Of a DNA stretch of 64,000 nt, positions 1 to 10,254 are shown piece after piece (the stretch's first letter is position 1; each line of letters opens with the position of its first letter). The position numbers and the translations under genes are program-made. The notes beneath the pieces are model-generated. The model saw only the letters and a list, made by a program, of their open reading frames with translations, was not told the DNA's origin and made no database searches. Origin of the DNA: a virus; the IMG/VR virus record IMGVR_UViG_3300026521_000527, positions 1-64,000 of that record; one strand, written 5' to 3'.

Positions 1-47
1 AAGATGTATCTACTGATATTGATAATATTATAAGTGCATCTGATGAG

Positions 48-1703
48 ATGTCAAATACTCTTCAAAACCTAACATCTGATGAATTTCATGATAAAATCGA
101 ATGCCCAGATCCAAATATTGATGGTGATACAACTCATGAAAAAATAGAAATTCCTATCACAAATGATGCTGGCGAAATTGTCCAAATGGTTACAGCAGAT
201 TTAGAACAACGTGAGACATCAACTTGCACTGATGCAAAAACCGATGAAATGATTGCTACTATTATGAATCAGATTCCAGATCTAGAGTCATTTAAAACTG
301 GAAATGATTCTAAGTCAATTAAGCAATCAATATGCTCTTTACCAGAAGGACAATTAAAGAATACGATATTGGCCGCAACGAACGGCCAAATCAATACTGT
401 TGATGATTATAAAATATATCTTGATAAATTAAATCAATCTTTAAAATTTTATAGAGATGATCAATGGATTAATAATGGTTTTGATGGTGAGTTTAATGAA
501 GAAAGCGTTGCAGAATTACTAGCTAAAAATATTACTTCAGTAAATGAAATAACCAAAGAAGAAACTCCACAATATTATGGAATACCATTAATAGAGTTGG
601 ATGCAGGATATGCCGAAGATGGGAGTGAAGCAATCATCCTTCAAATAGATACAAAGAATGATTGGAAATTAAATATATTAAATTTTAATAATTTATTTGA
701 TAATGTTGAGAGTTCACTTGAACTCGATGTAAGAGTTCCACCTGGAACCAAGTTCCTCACTGGTTTTATAACAGATGGGATTCGACATACGTTGGTTTAT
801 AAAACACTCGCACCTGGATATAAGCTAATATCAAAGACCGTTATAAAACCACACAAGTTTACAATAAATACAGTTGGAACTGACTCAAGACAATTAAAAA
901 ATTTCTGTGGATATATTTATGATATTTATGTAAATGATTGGGCAACACCATCAGATGCTGAATCTATTTCAGAATTGAATTCATTACCAGATTATCCATT
1001 TGGTGCTCTAGCATTCTATGACTTTCATAGAACTAGAGTTATTTGGAACTTAGTACATGAAAGAAGAGAAATGCAAAAACCTCTTCAAATTGGAGGAATA
1101 CCGAAAAAAGAATGGACTCTTTTTAGTGACGAAGTTTCCAAAGATTGGAAATTCTTACAGAATGGATATCTGGAGAATTTTTTCTGTCGAAAGAAATTCT
1201 TAAATAATAGTTTTAGTATAATTTGGTATAGTTGGATTCCGAGGCGCGGAAAGCAAAATGAGTATATAATATCTGACGATATTAATGATAATTATTTATA
1301 CTATAATTATTACTCTTCAGAGTTCGTGATAAAATTTAATGCTAGAACATTCAAATGGTTTTTTTATATTCCGGAGAAAAAATGGTTTCAATATAGTTTT
1401 AGGTATAATAAAGAAACTGGTAATTTAACTATAGGTGCTTTTGATTTCGCCAGCGAAAAATTCTTCGGTGAAACTTTTAATATTGGAATGGATTTAGAGT
1501 TTGAATTAATGTCAATGTTGGCGAAATATAATAAAGTTCTTAAAAGATACGACTCTAAATTCAAATGTAGTTTTGGTGCACTAATGTTATTTGATAAATA
1601 CCAAGCAGACGCTTTTCTTAAAAAATATCTTATAGAAGAGAAAATAATTATCGAAAAATTAGACCCAGATATCGAATTAAAGGATACCTATGATTTTAGC
1701 TAG
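48..1703 (+). CDS. hypothetical protein, probably virion/baseplate-associated (551 aa)
   Basis: Long ORF whose 3' end overlaps the PAAR gene; acidic N-terminus and aromatic-rich C-terminal half; no diagnostic motif. Confidence 0.5.
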   Translation: MSNTLQNLTSDEFHDKIECPDPNIDGDTTHEKIEIPITNDAGEIVQMVTADLEQRETSTCTDAKTDEMIATIMNQIPDLESFKTGNDSKSIKQSICSLPEGQLKNTILAATNGQINTVDDYKIYLDKLNQSLKFYRDDQWINNGFDGEFNEESVAELLAKNITSVNEITKEETPQYYGIPLIELDAGYAEDGSEAIILQIDTKNDWKLNILNFNNLFDNVESSLELDVRVPPGTKFLTGFITDGIRHTLVYKTLAPGYKLISKTVIKPHKFTINTVGTDSRQLKNFCGYIYDIYVNDWATPSDAESISELNSLPDYPFGALAFYDFHRTRVIWNLVHERREMQKPLQIGGIPKKEWTLFSDEVSKDWKFLQNGYLENFFCRKKFLNNSFSIIWYSWIPRRGKQNEYIISDDINDNYLYYNYYSSEFVIKFNARTFKWFFYIPEKKWFQYSFRYNKETGNLTIGAFDFASEKFFGETFNIGMDLEFELMSMLAKYNKVLKRYDSKFKCSFGALMLFDKYQADAFLKKYLIEEKIIIEKLDPDIELKDTYDFS

Positions 1704-1983
1704 GGTTGGTGATATAGTTAATGGTTTTTGTCCAGCACCTCATGGAGGATTAGTACCAGTTATTGGAATAATTTCATCAGGTAGTCCAAGATCCATTGAA
1801 ACAGGAGCACCGTACGCTAGGGTTAGTGATATAGTATCATTTCCATGCGGTACTTCAATAATTACAACTGGGACACCTAGATTTATTGAATCCGGGATGC
1901 CACTAGCTAGAGTTGGAGATAATGTTTCAGGTGTGGGTTTTGGAATTATTACTTCAGGTAGTCCAAGATTCCTAGAAATTTAA
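1690..1983 (+). CDS. PAAR-repeat spike tip protein
   Basis: Three PAAR-type repeats (LARVGD, YARVSD, LARVGD), each followed by G.I.SGSP/TGTP; Cys/His residues (CPAPH, PC) as candidate Zn ligands; 97 aa. Confidence 0.85.
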   Translation: MILARVGDIVNGFCPAPHGGLVPVIGIISSGSPRSIETGAPYARVSDIVSFPCGTSIITTGTPRFIESGMPLARVGDNVSGVGFGIITSGSPRFLEI

Positions 1984-1995
1984 AAGGAGATAATA

Positions 1996-3192
1996 TTGAT
2001 AGATTTTTATTCTAATGAGTACATTGACACAGGAACCAGATATTCAAATGTACATTACCCAAGTTTATGGCCTTATGAAAGCAAAGTTAAAATGTACACT
2101 GAAGATTTAAAGAGGCTTAATAAATATTTTATTGATGAACTAAACGCCTCCATTTTAACGTATTCAAATAAAGCAGATCCGGTTGACGAAGAACTCGTTA
2201 GAAAGTTAGAGATCTGGAGAGATAGACAAGAGAATGATTATAAATTACAATACCTTTATGATAATGGTAGAGAAATTTATGTCGAACCAGATGAAGATGA
2301 GTGTCCAGAATCTGAAGCAAATTATAAATGTCTATTAAAATTAATCCTTAATCGGACAGAACCAAAGACACCAATCGTTCCACCACCAAATGAGGCGAAG
2401 GTCTTTAGTGAAAAAATAGTTGATTTTTATAATAAATATTTTGCAGGATTTCAAAATTATTATCTTCAGGCACGACAATTAAATAATTACGATTGCCAAT
2501 ATATGCCAACATTTAGAAGACTTTTCGTTTTCACTAATGGGATGGTTGATGGAAGAATATTTGGATATTTCGATGTAAAAATGAATAATTTATATAATGA
2601 GTTACAGGATGTGCTAAATATTATAAAAGAACATTATTTAAATATTCAGAATTTAACTTGGGATGATGATGGTGGAAAAGATGATGATGGTAATTTAATT
2701 ATTGATAGAGTGATTGATGACTATTTTGATGAGATATTTAATCTATATGCTGATAGATACAATCCAGCAGTAACAACATACAGATATGATATTTCTATAG
2801 GTGTGGATGAAATGGAGGAAATAATTAATACAGCTAATTATTTCTTATTTAGTCTAAATACTGGAATTAATGTTATCAGTACCGCTAATATTTCTTTGAC
2901 AGCCGATAGAAATCATGATGATATGTTGATAGCAAATTCCAGAAATGGTTTTACAATGACTCAAGCAATGAATCCAGCATTAAGTGATACAACAAGAAAC
3001 CTAATGTTGGATAATATTAAAGTACAGTCAACTGTAACACAAATTGCTCTCGAAATGAAAAAAAGTATTGAACCAGATTATAGTAATTTTGAGTTCATAA
3101 TGAGTAATTGTGTTACAGTAGGTTTAGTTCAAACTGGAACCAAACGTTGGTTAGAAAGAATGCAAATAGTTTTAGGGATGTATGAAAAATGA
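1996..3192 (+). CDS. hypothetical virion protein (398 aa)
   Basis: Long ORF, TTG start after AAGGAG, within the structural operon. Confidence 0.5.
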   Translation: MIDFYSNEYIDTGTRYSNVHYPSLWPYESKVKMYTEDLKRLNKYFIDELNASILTYSNKADPVDEELVRKLEIWRDRQENDYKLQYLYDNGREIYVEPDEDECPESEANYKCLLKLILNRTEPKTPIVPPPNEAKVFSEKIVDFYNKYFAGFQNYYLQARQLNNYDCQYMPTFRRLFVFTNGMVDGRIFGYFDVKMNNLYNELQDVLNIIKEHYLNIQNLTWDDDGGKDDDGNLIIDRVIDDYFDEIFNLYADRYNPAVTTYRYDISIGVDEMEEIINTANYFLFSLNTGINVISTANISLTADRNHDDMLIANSRNGFTMTQAMNPALSDTTRNLMLDNIKVQSTVTQIALEMKKSIEPDYSNFEFIMSNCVTVGLVQTGTKRWLERMQIVLGMYEK

Positions 3193-3794
3193 TAGATGTA
3201 GACTTAATTGATTCGGAGGAAGATGGTTTAATAAGTGATATTTTAAATCATAAGAAGAAGATTCGCGGAGGTATTCATGGACATGACGTAATTAAAATCG
3301 ATTATGAACAGTATCGTGAAAATTCATTTAAGAAAAATAACGCTTTATTGACAAGACCAAAAGGTTGGTTGATAATGGACTCATTTAATAATCCATTTTT
3401 TCCAATCAATGCTTTCACTGTAGATACAATGAAATTCAATACAAGTAGATTAAGTATTGAATTTCATAAACGATATGGTGGTAATGTAAAAGATTTATTT
3501 TTGCCGTGGCATTATACAATTGAGGTCGTTGACGAAATGCCTTTTGTAATTCAAAATCGTCCTCTTTTATATAAAACACCAATTAAAGGTTTTAATAGTC
3601 ATATATCGATTATGATTATAGGTGACTCAAATATCGATATGTATAATGGTAAATTTTATAAACAGATGGCTCATAATATAATTAATCCGTATAAATCTGC
3701 ACCAGGAATAAGAATGTCGAATCAAAAAGAAACATTTACTTTTTTTACAGGTACCAATTTCAATAAAGATAATTTATTTAAAGAATTACATTAG
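3189..3794 (+). CDS. possible degenerate amidase_2-like (N-acetylmuramoyl-L-alanine amidase fold) protein
   Basis: WHYTI..RP..KGFNSHISIMIIGD resembles the YHY.I..GRP..GFN..SIGI..G pattern; Zn-ligand histidines not evident. Confidence 0.35.
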   Translation: MIDVDLIDSEEDGLISDILNHKKKIRGGIHGHDVIKIDYEQYRENSFKKNNALLTRPKGWLIMDSFNNPFFPINAFTVDTMKFNTSRLSIEFHKRYGGNVKDLFLPWHYTIEVVDEMPFVIQNRPLLYKTPIKGFNSHISIMIIGDSNIDMYNGKFYKQMAHNIINPYKSAPGIRMSNQKETFTFFTGTNFNKDNLFKELH

Positions 3795-3864
3795 AAAGAG
3801 TCTAAAAACACTCAAAAGCTTTTTTAAAAAACAAAGGCATTGTAAGACATAATAAGGAATATAA

Positions 3865-4434
3865 ATGCAAGTAAATTTAAGTAATATAAAATTGCCTGGT
3901 ACCGAAGAAGAACCTAGCAAAAATCTATCTCAAGAAGAACATCATAAATTAAATTTTGATAAGAATACTGATATTATAAAACATGAAATAGAGTTAAAAA
4001 TAACTCAAATGAATAGAAAAATTGAACGTTTTCATAATAAAGAAAGCATTCTTGATAAAATGATTTCGATGACTAATCAAGAGATAGAATCATTATCACC
4101 AACTGAATTTACAAGGCGAGGGCAGAAACAGGCTATACTTTTGAAACAACTCGAGGCACTTTCAGTTCTGAATGACACAATCCTAAAATATGAAGATAGT
4201 ATTCAAAAATATAATAAAATGATTATTGATATCGAGAATAATAAATTAAAAACATTTATAAGCATTAAATCTATTTCAAAAGAGGAAATCAATGAAGAAA
4301 TGGACTTGAAAAAATTACTGGTTGAAGTTCAAGAGTTAATAAAAAATGGTTCGACTGGTTCGAATGGAGAATTAGGTAACCAAGGAATGTTGTCCGAAAT
4401 AGAAACGGAATTAATAGAGAATAATTATAATTAA
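3865..4434 (+). CDS. coiled-coil hypothetical protein (189 aa)
   Basis: ORF with RBS; heptad-like, E/K/L-rich. Confidence 0.5.
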   Translation: MQVNLSNIKLPGTEEEPSKNLSQEEHHKLNFDKNTDIIKHEIELKITQMNRKIERFHNKESILDKMISMTNQEIESLSPTEFTRRGQKQAILLKQLEALSVLNDTILKYEDSIQKYNKMIIDIENNKLKTFISIKSISKEEINEEMDLKKLLVEVQELIKNGSTGSNGELGNQGMLSEIETELIENNYN

Positions 4435-4455
4435 ATTTATCAAAGAAGGATTAAT

Positions 4456-4794
4456 ATGTTTAAAGAAATACAAGAAAATTATGCAGATCAACTTATGAGA
4501 AAAAAATCAGGTGGTGGGAAATTAGCAGCAGGTGTTATTGGCGGTGCTACTTTATACGGTGCAAAAAAGATGATCAATGGTGTACAAAAGGCTGCCGACC
4601 AAATAAAAGCCAATCAACATGATGAATTAATAGGACAATTAACAGATTCCACAGATATGTCATCAACTGTCGAAACACTTAATTTATTTGATGAAAGTAA
4701 TGGTTTTGAGTACAGACACAATCCAAAATTTACTCTTAATGAAAATTCTACTATTGGGACATTCGTAAATAGATTTAGATATCTAAAGGATTAA
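4456..4794 (+). CDS. small Gly/Ala-rich protein, candidate inner-head protein
   Basis: AAGGA RBS; IQEN, LFDES and LNENS motifs; AAGVIGGATLYGAKK segment. Confidence 0.45.
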   Translation: MFKEIQENYADQLMRKKSGGGKLAAGVIGGATLYGAKKMINGVQKAADQIKANQHDELIGQLTDSTDMSSTVETLNLFDESNGFEYRHNPKFTLNENSTIGTFVNRFRYLKD

Positions 4795-4795
4795 A

Positions 4796-6334
4796 ATGAC
4801 AACTTTAGAATTATTTGAAGATCAAGTTAAAAAACACTGGGATTCTTTAAAAAACAATTCGGAAACTTTATTTGAAAATACAACCACTTGTATAAATTTT
4901 AATAAAGAATTTGATAAATTTAAAGAATCTCCTGCTTTTATGGAAGTTGTATCAGAATCCGATCTCTATACTAAAAAAAGAATTATCGAATCTTATTTTT
5001 GGTCAGATATTGTGGCGCCTCTATATGAAGCAACTTTTGAGGTACTCGAAAAAGCTGGGCTTGTTGAAGAAAGTATGCAATCTTTCGAGAACTCTTATAA
5101 ATTTGAAAATACAGCTAGATTAATTCTCGAAAATGGTATTTTTAGTTCTTTTCCGTTAAAAAAAGAACTAACCGATGAATTAATCGAAATGTTCTTTTAT
5201 CCTTCTGATGAAATTATCGAAGAAGGTTTTTCAGAGACAGGAAGAAAGGTAATTGACGCGGGAAGATCTGTCTGGACATTGATGCAGCTATTAGGATACA
5301 TATTAATTTCCCCGGCGACAAGCGCATTAAATTATAAAAGTGATTCACCAACAAGTCGAAAAATGGTTAACCTATTAGCTCTTCTTTTATTGGGTGGTGC
5401 TATCGGTTATGGAGTTCTTGGTGGAGTAAATTTAGCAATATCAGGAGCAGGTGCCGTTGGTATTAAATCGGAAGTTGCTACTGGAGTATTGGCAGCTCTA
5501 TTTGGAATCGGTGGTAAATTTGCAGCCATGAAAACTATCGGTCTACCTGGAGAAATTTGGAAATTTATCAATGAAGATTTAATTGAAATTACTAAATATC
5601 TTTCAATGGTGAATAAACTTGGAGGAAGTGATTCAAAAGCGATTCTTCAAGAAATAGGAATTAATCCAAAAGAATTAATTACTAAATGTTGGGAAAGAAA
5701 TAATCATCAACTTCCGGCAAATGATGATTTAAAGAATGGGTTCTCTAAAATTATTAGAGCAATGTCGAATGGTTCTAACGCTATAAGAAATTTAATTAGA
5801 GATCCTTATTTTTCAAGTAATGCTCAGATGGCACTCTCTTTAAAAAGGGACGCAAGTGATCCAAAATATCAAAAGATGTTTTATGATTTCAGAGTATGTA
5901 TGTATGATAAAATTTTCGAGGTAATTATTGGATATGCTCAGATGATATATTCTGTGGATGATGCAAGTTATGAAATTATCAGACATGCGAACCAGGTTCA
6001 TCGACGCAAAAACTTTAAAGCATTCTTTGCATTAGATCCAAAAACTGATTCAGAAGTAGCTATGTTTAAATTAATTAAATTACTTATCGTCATCGAAGAT
6101 ATGATAATTAAATTGGAAGAACATAAAAGAGAGTTAGTTGCTGATAAATTCATCGATCAATTTATTCAACATATGAAAATGCAAATTAAAAATACATATA
6201 CAACTTTAGATGAAATGGCTCAATTGAGATCATATAATAAAGCAAGATATGATGAAGAACAACCAACAGATGAAGAAAAAGCCGAAGCTATACAAAAAGC
6301 AAGAAATGAAGCCAAAAGAAGTATTTTTTCTTAG
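4796..6334 (+). CDS. candidate inner-head/ejection protein with a hydrophobic Gly-rich segment (512 aa)
   Basis: N-terminal region dense in L/I-x-E (LFEN, IIES, LYEA, LVEES, ILEN, IIEEG); hydrophobic LLALLLLGGAIGYGVLGG region. Confidence 0.45.
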   Translation: MTTLELFEDQVKKHWDSLKNNSETLFENTTTCINFNKEFDKFKESPAFMEVVSESDLYTKKRIIESYFWSDIVAPLYEATFEVLEKAGLVEESMQSFENSYKFENTARLILENGIFSSFPLKKELTDELIEMFFYPSDEIIEEGFSETGRKVIDAGRSVWTLMQLLGYILISPATSALNYKSDSPTSRKMVNLLALLLLGGAIGYGVLGGVNLAISGAGAVGIKSEVATGVLAALFGIGGKFAAMKTIGLPGEIWKFINEDLIEITKYLSMVNKLGGSDSKAILQEIGINPKELITKCWERNNHQLPANDDLKNGFSKIIRAMSNGSNAIRNLIRDPYFSSNAQMALSLKRDASDPKYQKMFYDFRVCMYDKIFEVIIGYAQMIYSVDDASYEIIRHANQVHRRKNFKAFFALDPKTDSEVAMFKLIKLLIVIEDMIIKLEEHKRELVADKFIDQFIQHMKMQIKNTYTTLDEMAQLRSYNKARYDEEQPTDEEKAEAIQKARNEAKRSIFS

Positions 6335-6356
6335 GTTTCCTAGATAAGGAGAGATA

Positions 6357-6569
6357 ATGGTTACAACATCAACCACAATAAGAACACATGAAGCTAAGAA
6401 AAATGCGGCTATTGGGGCAATAGCCGTTGCGATAGCCCGTAAGAAAAATGATGTTCTTTTTCACAAATTAAAAAAATATAGAAGTCTTTGGAAAGATACA
6501 AAAGCACAGATTGTTCAAAAGTATGGTTCAATAGCCTTACAACAATGGTCTAAAAATCAATCTAAATAA
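6357..6569 (+). CDS. small basic helical protein (70 aa)
   Basis: AAGGAG RBS; Lys/Ala-rich. Confidence 0.55.
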   Translation: MVTTSTTIRTHEAKKNAAIGAIAVAIARKKNDVLFHKLKKYRSLWKDTKAQIVQKYGSIALQQWSKNQSK

Positions 6570-6585
6570 TATATAGGAGAAAATA

Positions 6586-7287
6586 ATGCTCCTAAAAAAA
6601 ATTAAAGAAATTAAATCTCAGGAGAAACGAGATGATAGAAATAGGATGAAGCAGGATGGTCTAGACCATCCTGCTTCATCCTCCAGTCCTCGATTTCAGA
6701 TTCAAGAAAATAAAGTAGAAGATTTAGATGATGACCTAATTGAAAAATATAAATATAATCCTCTTAGGCAAGATAATATTAAAGAACATAAACCTGTTCA
6801 ATCGGGGTTGAGTTCTAAAGAACTCAACCCCGAGAAAATAACTTTATTTGACTTAAGTCATAAATGTCGTAATTTTGTGGCCATTAAATTATTTGAACCG
6901 AAAGAAATATCTGCCCAAAAATTATACGATCTTGAGGTTGAATATTTATTTTCAAAAATAGATATGTTTATAGATACATCAAATCCAAGTAATAAAATTA
7001 TTTTAGAGAATGATGTGTTCAAGGACACTCTTTATAAATATAAAAATATTATTTTATTGCCAGAAGAATTAAAATCAGCGAGTGGATTTTTAAGAGAATA
7101 TTTTAATATTGAGGAAATAATTATTTTGAATCGTTCTGGGCAATTAGAGAAAACAATAACCGATTATTGTGATTTCTGGTTAGATCTTGACGAAATCAAA
7201 AATACAAGAATTCAAGATTTGGATATCCCAACTGATAAAGAAAAGTGCAAACATTGTTTGATGGGCAATTACGGCTGCGCAATTTAA
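6586..7287 (+). CDS. hypothetical protein (233 aa) with C-terminal CxxC
   Basis: AGGAG RBS; ends ..CKHCLMGNYGCAI. Confidence 0.5.
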   Translation: MLLKKIKEIKSQEKRDDRNRMKQDGLDHPASSSSPRFQIQENKVEDLDDDLIEKYKYNPLRQDNIKEHKPVQSGLSSKELNPEKITLFDLSHKCRNFVAIKLFEPKEISAQKLYDLEVEYLFSKIDMFIDTSNPSNKIILENDVFKDTLYKYKNIILLPEELKSASGFLREYFNIEEIIILNRSGQLEKTITDYCDFWLDLDEIKNTRIQDLDIPTDKEKCKHCLMGNYGCAI

Positions 7288-7336
7288 ACAAACGCTAAAT
7301 GCGCAAGGCGCATATAACACATTAAAAAGGAATTCT

Positions 7337-10219
7337 ATGAAGAAAATTAGATTCGGTTCCTTTCCGTTGGTAGAAATACCGAAAAAAGAAAGAAGATGTC
7401 TGGATAGGTATTTAATAAAGAACTTCAGTGATAATATTTCAATATCAGATGCGATGAGAAATTTAAATGTCACTAAGAATCTTTTATATGTATCACCGGA
7501 TTATCTAATTAAACATTTTATGGAAGATGCCAATACATCTCCTATAAACCACCCTGATCAAGACAAGACACCAGATTCAAAAGGATACGACTTATCATTA
7601 AAAAGAGCTTTTTATATTATGAAAGAGTTCTATAAGAATATAAAAAATAAACCATTTTACCACGAGTATGTTTATTACCCAATTTATGTTGAGAAGATAG
7701 ATGTTCAAAGAAGTACAATGTATGGTAAAATTACAGATCCAGGTTCTGGTAAAATGCTTAAAGAGTACAGCTTTATTATTCTATCAAATGATTTGGATAC
7801 AACTTTAAAAATTGATGAGATTCGATATGACGAAAATGCTACCCTGAATTTTCTATATCTATATAGTGAATTTTTCGCAGACCCAAAATACGCGACAAAA
7901 TCATTAAATGATTTGGATCACACAGATTTAAACTTCTTAATGAAATTATATCAATATATTGAAAAGTCAGAAGTATCACCGATTGAACTTGTGTTGAAAT
8001 TGTACTCTTTCTTGAATCAATTAACACCAGGGAGCACTTTTACTACAACAACAGATATAACAGCCGCCTTTAAAAATGGTACAGATATGTCCGATCTTAA
8101 AAAGTACAATGGTGTTTTAAAATCAACTTTCTTTAGATCATTACAGAGCACTAATGGAATTTATTCGAATGAACAGGCTCGCGAGAGTTTTATAAAAATG
8201 TTGGATACCCTCTTTAAAGAGAAAGGTTTCATAGATTTATTTGGTGAAATCCAATCAGATAAAATTATAGATAGACAACAGTATATTTATAATGCAAATA
8301 AATACAAAGAAATTATTGGACTTGTTGAAGAACTTGTAAAATTCAATAAAAGCAATGACTCTCATTCAATCATCCAGGATGACCAAATAGATTTTGATTT
8401 TAAAATCCAGAATGATCATTATCAAGTCGAAGTTCGCGATAAAAGAATAGCCGAAGTTTTTACGAGCAGATTTAAAGATTTAATTGAGCAATCAAAGACT
8501 TTCGTTGAAAATGAACTCAAGTTAATAATTACTAAATTTAAAAATCAATTTCAGAATGATCTGTCCAATGAAAATGGCTTTAAATATCTTGAAAAAGAGG
8601 AAGATCGCCTTAAAAAAGAAAATCAGGCTGTGTTATCTTTGCAGGCTCAGATGCAGGTTGAAATGGCAAGAATTCAACATAGCACTGATCCGAATGATAT
8701 AAAACGTTATAATGATTTAAGTATTGAGCTTAATAAATTAAATAATGAACACCACGCTCTTCAGACGTCAATGAGTCAAATTCAAGATGAGCTTCGATTA
8801 AATAGATATCTATTTCAAAACGCGACTAGCGTTATACAAACATTAAAAAATAAAACTACGGATATTACTAATAATATTATGGGAGATAGTGTAACTGATT
8901 ACACTTATCTATTCGAAGATTTATTTAGTATTTTTAAAACTAGAACTCTTGTTGAACAGCAAATGGAAGTTGAGTTGACAAATGGAGATTTCGTTAAATT
9001 AAGCACTAATCTTCCTGAAGATAAAACTGAATTAGCTGAAGTGTATAGAGCTATAGCTGATGATATTGACCAAATATCTGACCAAGTTAAAGAAAGACTC
9101 CGTGGTGTAATGATTAATCTTGTCGGGCGGTATACTGAAGAATTTGATAACGTTATTAAAAGTTATAAACACGTGCTGAATAATAAACCAAAAAAATTCA
9201 AAAAATTATTGATGGCATTTATTAATGATTTGGATGAACCTGATTATCAAGAACAGTTTAAAGCCAGGTATAAAAACATCTTAACAACAGGTTCTAAGAA
9301 TATAATTACTCTTATAATTAAGAAAGAGTTCCAAAGAACTCAAGTTCATCAAGAAATTTCAAAGAATGATAAGTTGTCAGAATTACATCCATTGATTAAA
9401 AAATTACTCCAAGAACCCCAAAACTTTAGAAGTTATATTCTGGATTTTAAAATTCTTGAGAACCTATATCAACTTTGGTTTATTACCCAAACGAAAAAGT
9501 TTGGTCTAGGTTTAGTAAAAACACTACCAAGAAAATTAAACCATCCAAAGAATAGAATAGAATTCACAATAGAGACAATTCTTGGACTTAAGAAGAATCC
9601 AGTTTGGATACTAGCTGATCAAAAGATTTATCTAAGTATGCCAGATTATTTATCATTAACTGGTGTTAAAATTCTAAGCAGTGTACCTAAAGAAGAAATT
9701 CTTGAAGTTTGTAAAATCAAGGGTCGAGATTATTGGAATGAAAATAATATTGGCACATCTGATAAAGTTTATGAGCATAAAAAAGATGAAGAACTCGCGG
9801 CTAAAGTCGAAGAGCTTAAAGTTGAAATTAAAGATCTTCAATCTCAGAAAAATAAAACTACTGATAAAAATAAAATTAAGCAGATTGATTCTAAATTAAA
9901 ATCAGCTAAGAAACATTTGGTTGTTGCAAATAATAAACTTAAGAAAGTTCGTCAGCAAAAAGTCCTCAATCGTTCAAATATCCAAGCTTTCGATTTATTC
10001 GATGATCCACATATGAGTGATAAAACAACATTATTAACTCCAGCTGAGAAAGACGCTATACGAGATAAAGAAGAAACACTTATGAAGGAAGAATTTAAGC
10101 CTGGAGTTCAATTGCCTGGTGTTGATATACAGGAGCCAAGTCCAAGTAATCAATCAACAGTATTCGGCGCAACTCAAGAAGATATTTTCAAAAAACGTGA
10201 TAATAGAGTACAATTCTAA
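7337..10219 (+). CDS. large hypothetical protein with central coiled coil (960 aa)
   Basis: Long ORF with AAGGA RBS in the structural block. Confidence 0.55.
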   Translation: MKKIRFGSFPLVEIPKKERRCLDRYLIKNFSDNISISDAMRNLNVTKNLLYVSPDYLIKHFMEDANTSPINHPDQDKTPDSKGYDLSLKRAFYIMKEFYKNIKNKPFYHEYVYYPIYVEKIDVQRSTMYGKITDPGSGKMLKEYSFIILSNDLDTTLKIDEIRYDENATLNFLYLYSEFFADPKYATKSLNDLDHTDLNFLMKLYQYIEKSEVSPIELVLKLYSFLNQLTPGSTFTTTTDITAAFKNGTDMSDLKKYNGVLKSTFFRSLQSTNGIYSNEQARESFIKMLDTLFKEKGFIDLFGEIQSDKIIDRQQYIYNANKYKEIIGLVEELVKFNKSNDSHSIIQDDQIDFDFKIQNDHYQVEVRDKRIAEVFTSRFKDLIEQSKTFVENELKLIITKFKNQFQNDLSNENGFKYLEKEEDRLKKENQAVLSLQAQMQVEMARIQHSTDPNDIKRYNDLSIELNKLNNEHHALQTSMSQIQDELRLNRYLFQNATSVIQTLKNKTTDITNNIMGDSVTDYTYLFEDLFSIFKTRTLVEQQMEVELTNGDFVKLSTNLPEDKTELAEVYRAIADDIDQISDQVKERLRGVMINLVGRYTEEFDNVIKSYKHVLNNKPKKFKKLLMAFINDLDEPDYQEQFKARYKNILTTGSKNIITLIIKKEFQRTQVHQEISKNDKLSELHPLIKKLLQEPQNFRSYILDFKILENLYQLWFITQTKKFGLGLVKTLPRKLNHPKNRIEFTIETILGLKKNPVWILADQKIYLSMPDYLSLTGVKILSSVPKEEILEVCKIKGRDYWNENNIGTSDKVYEHKKDEELAAKVEELKVEIKDLQSQKNKTTDKNKIKQIDSKLKSAKKHLVVANNKLKKVRQQKVLNRSNIQAFDLFDDPHMSDKTTLLTPAEKDAIRDKEETLMKEEFKPGVQLPGVDIQEPSPSNQSTVFGATQEDIFKKRDNRVQF

Positions 10220-10254
10220 AAATTCTAAAAATAAATAAAATAGGAAGGTTAAAA

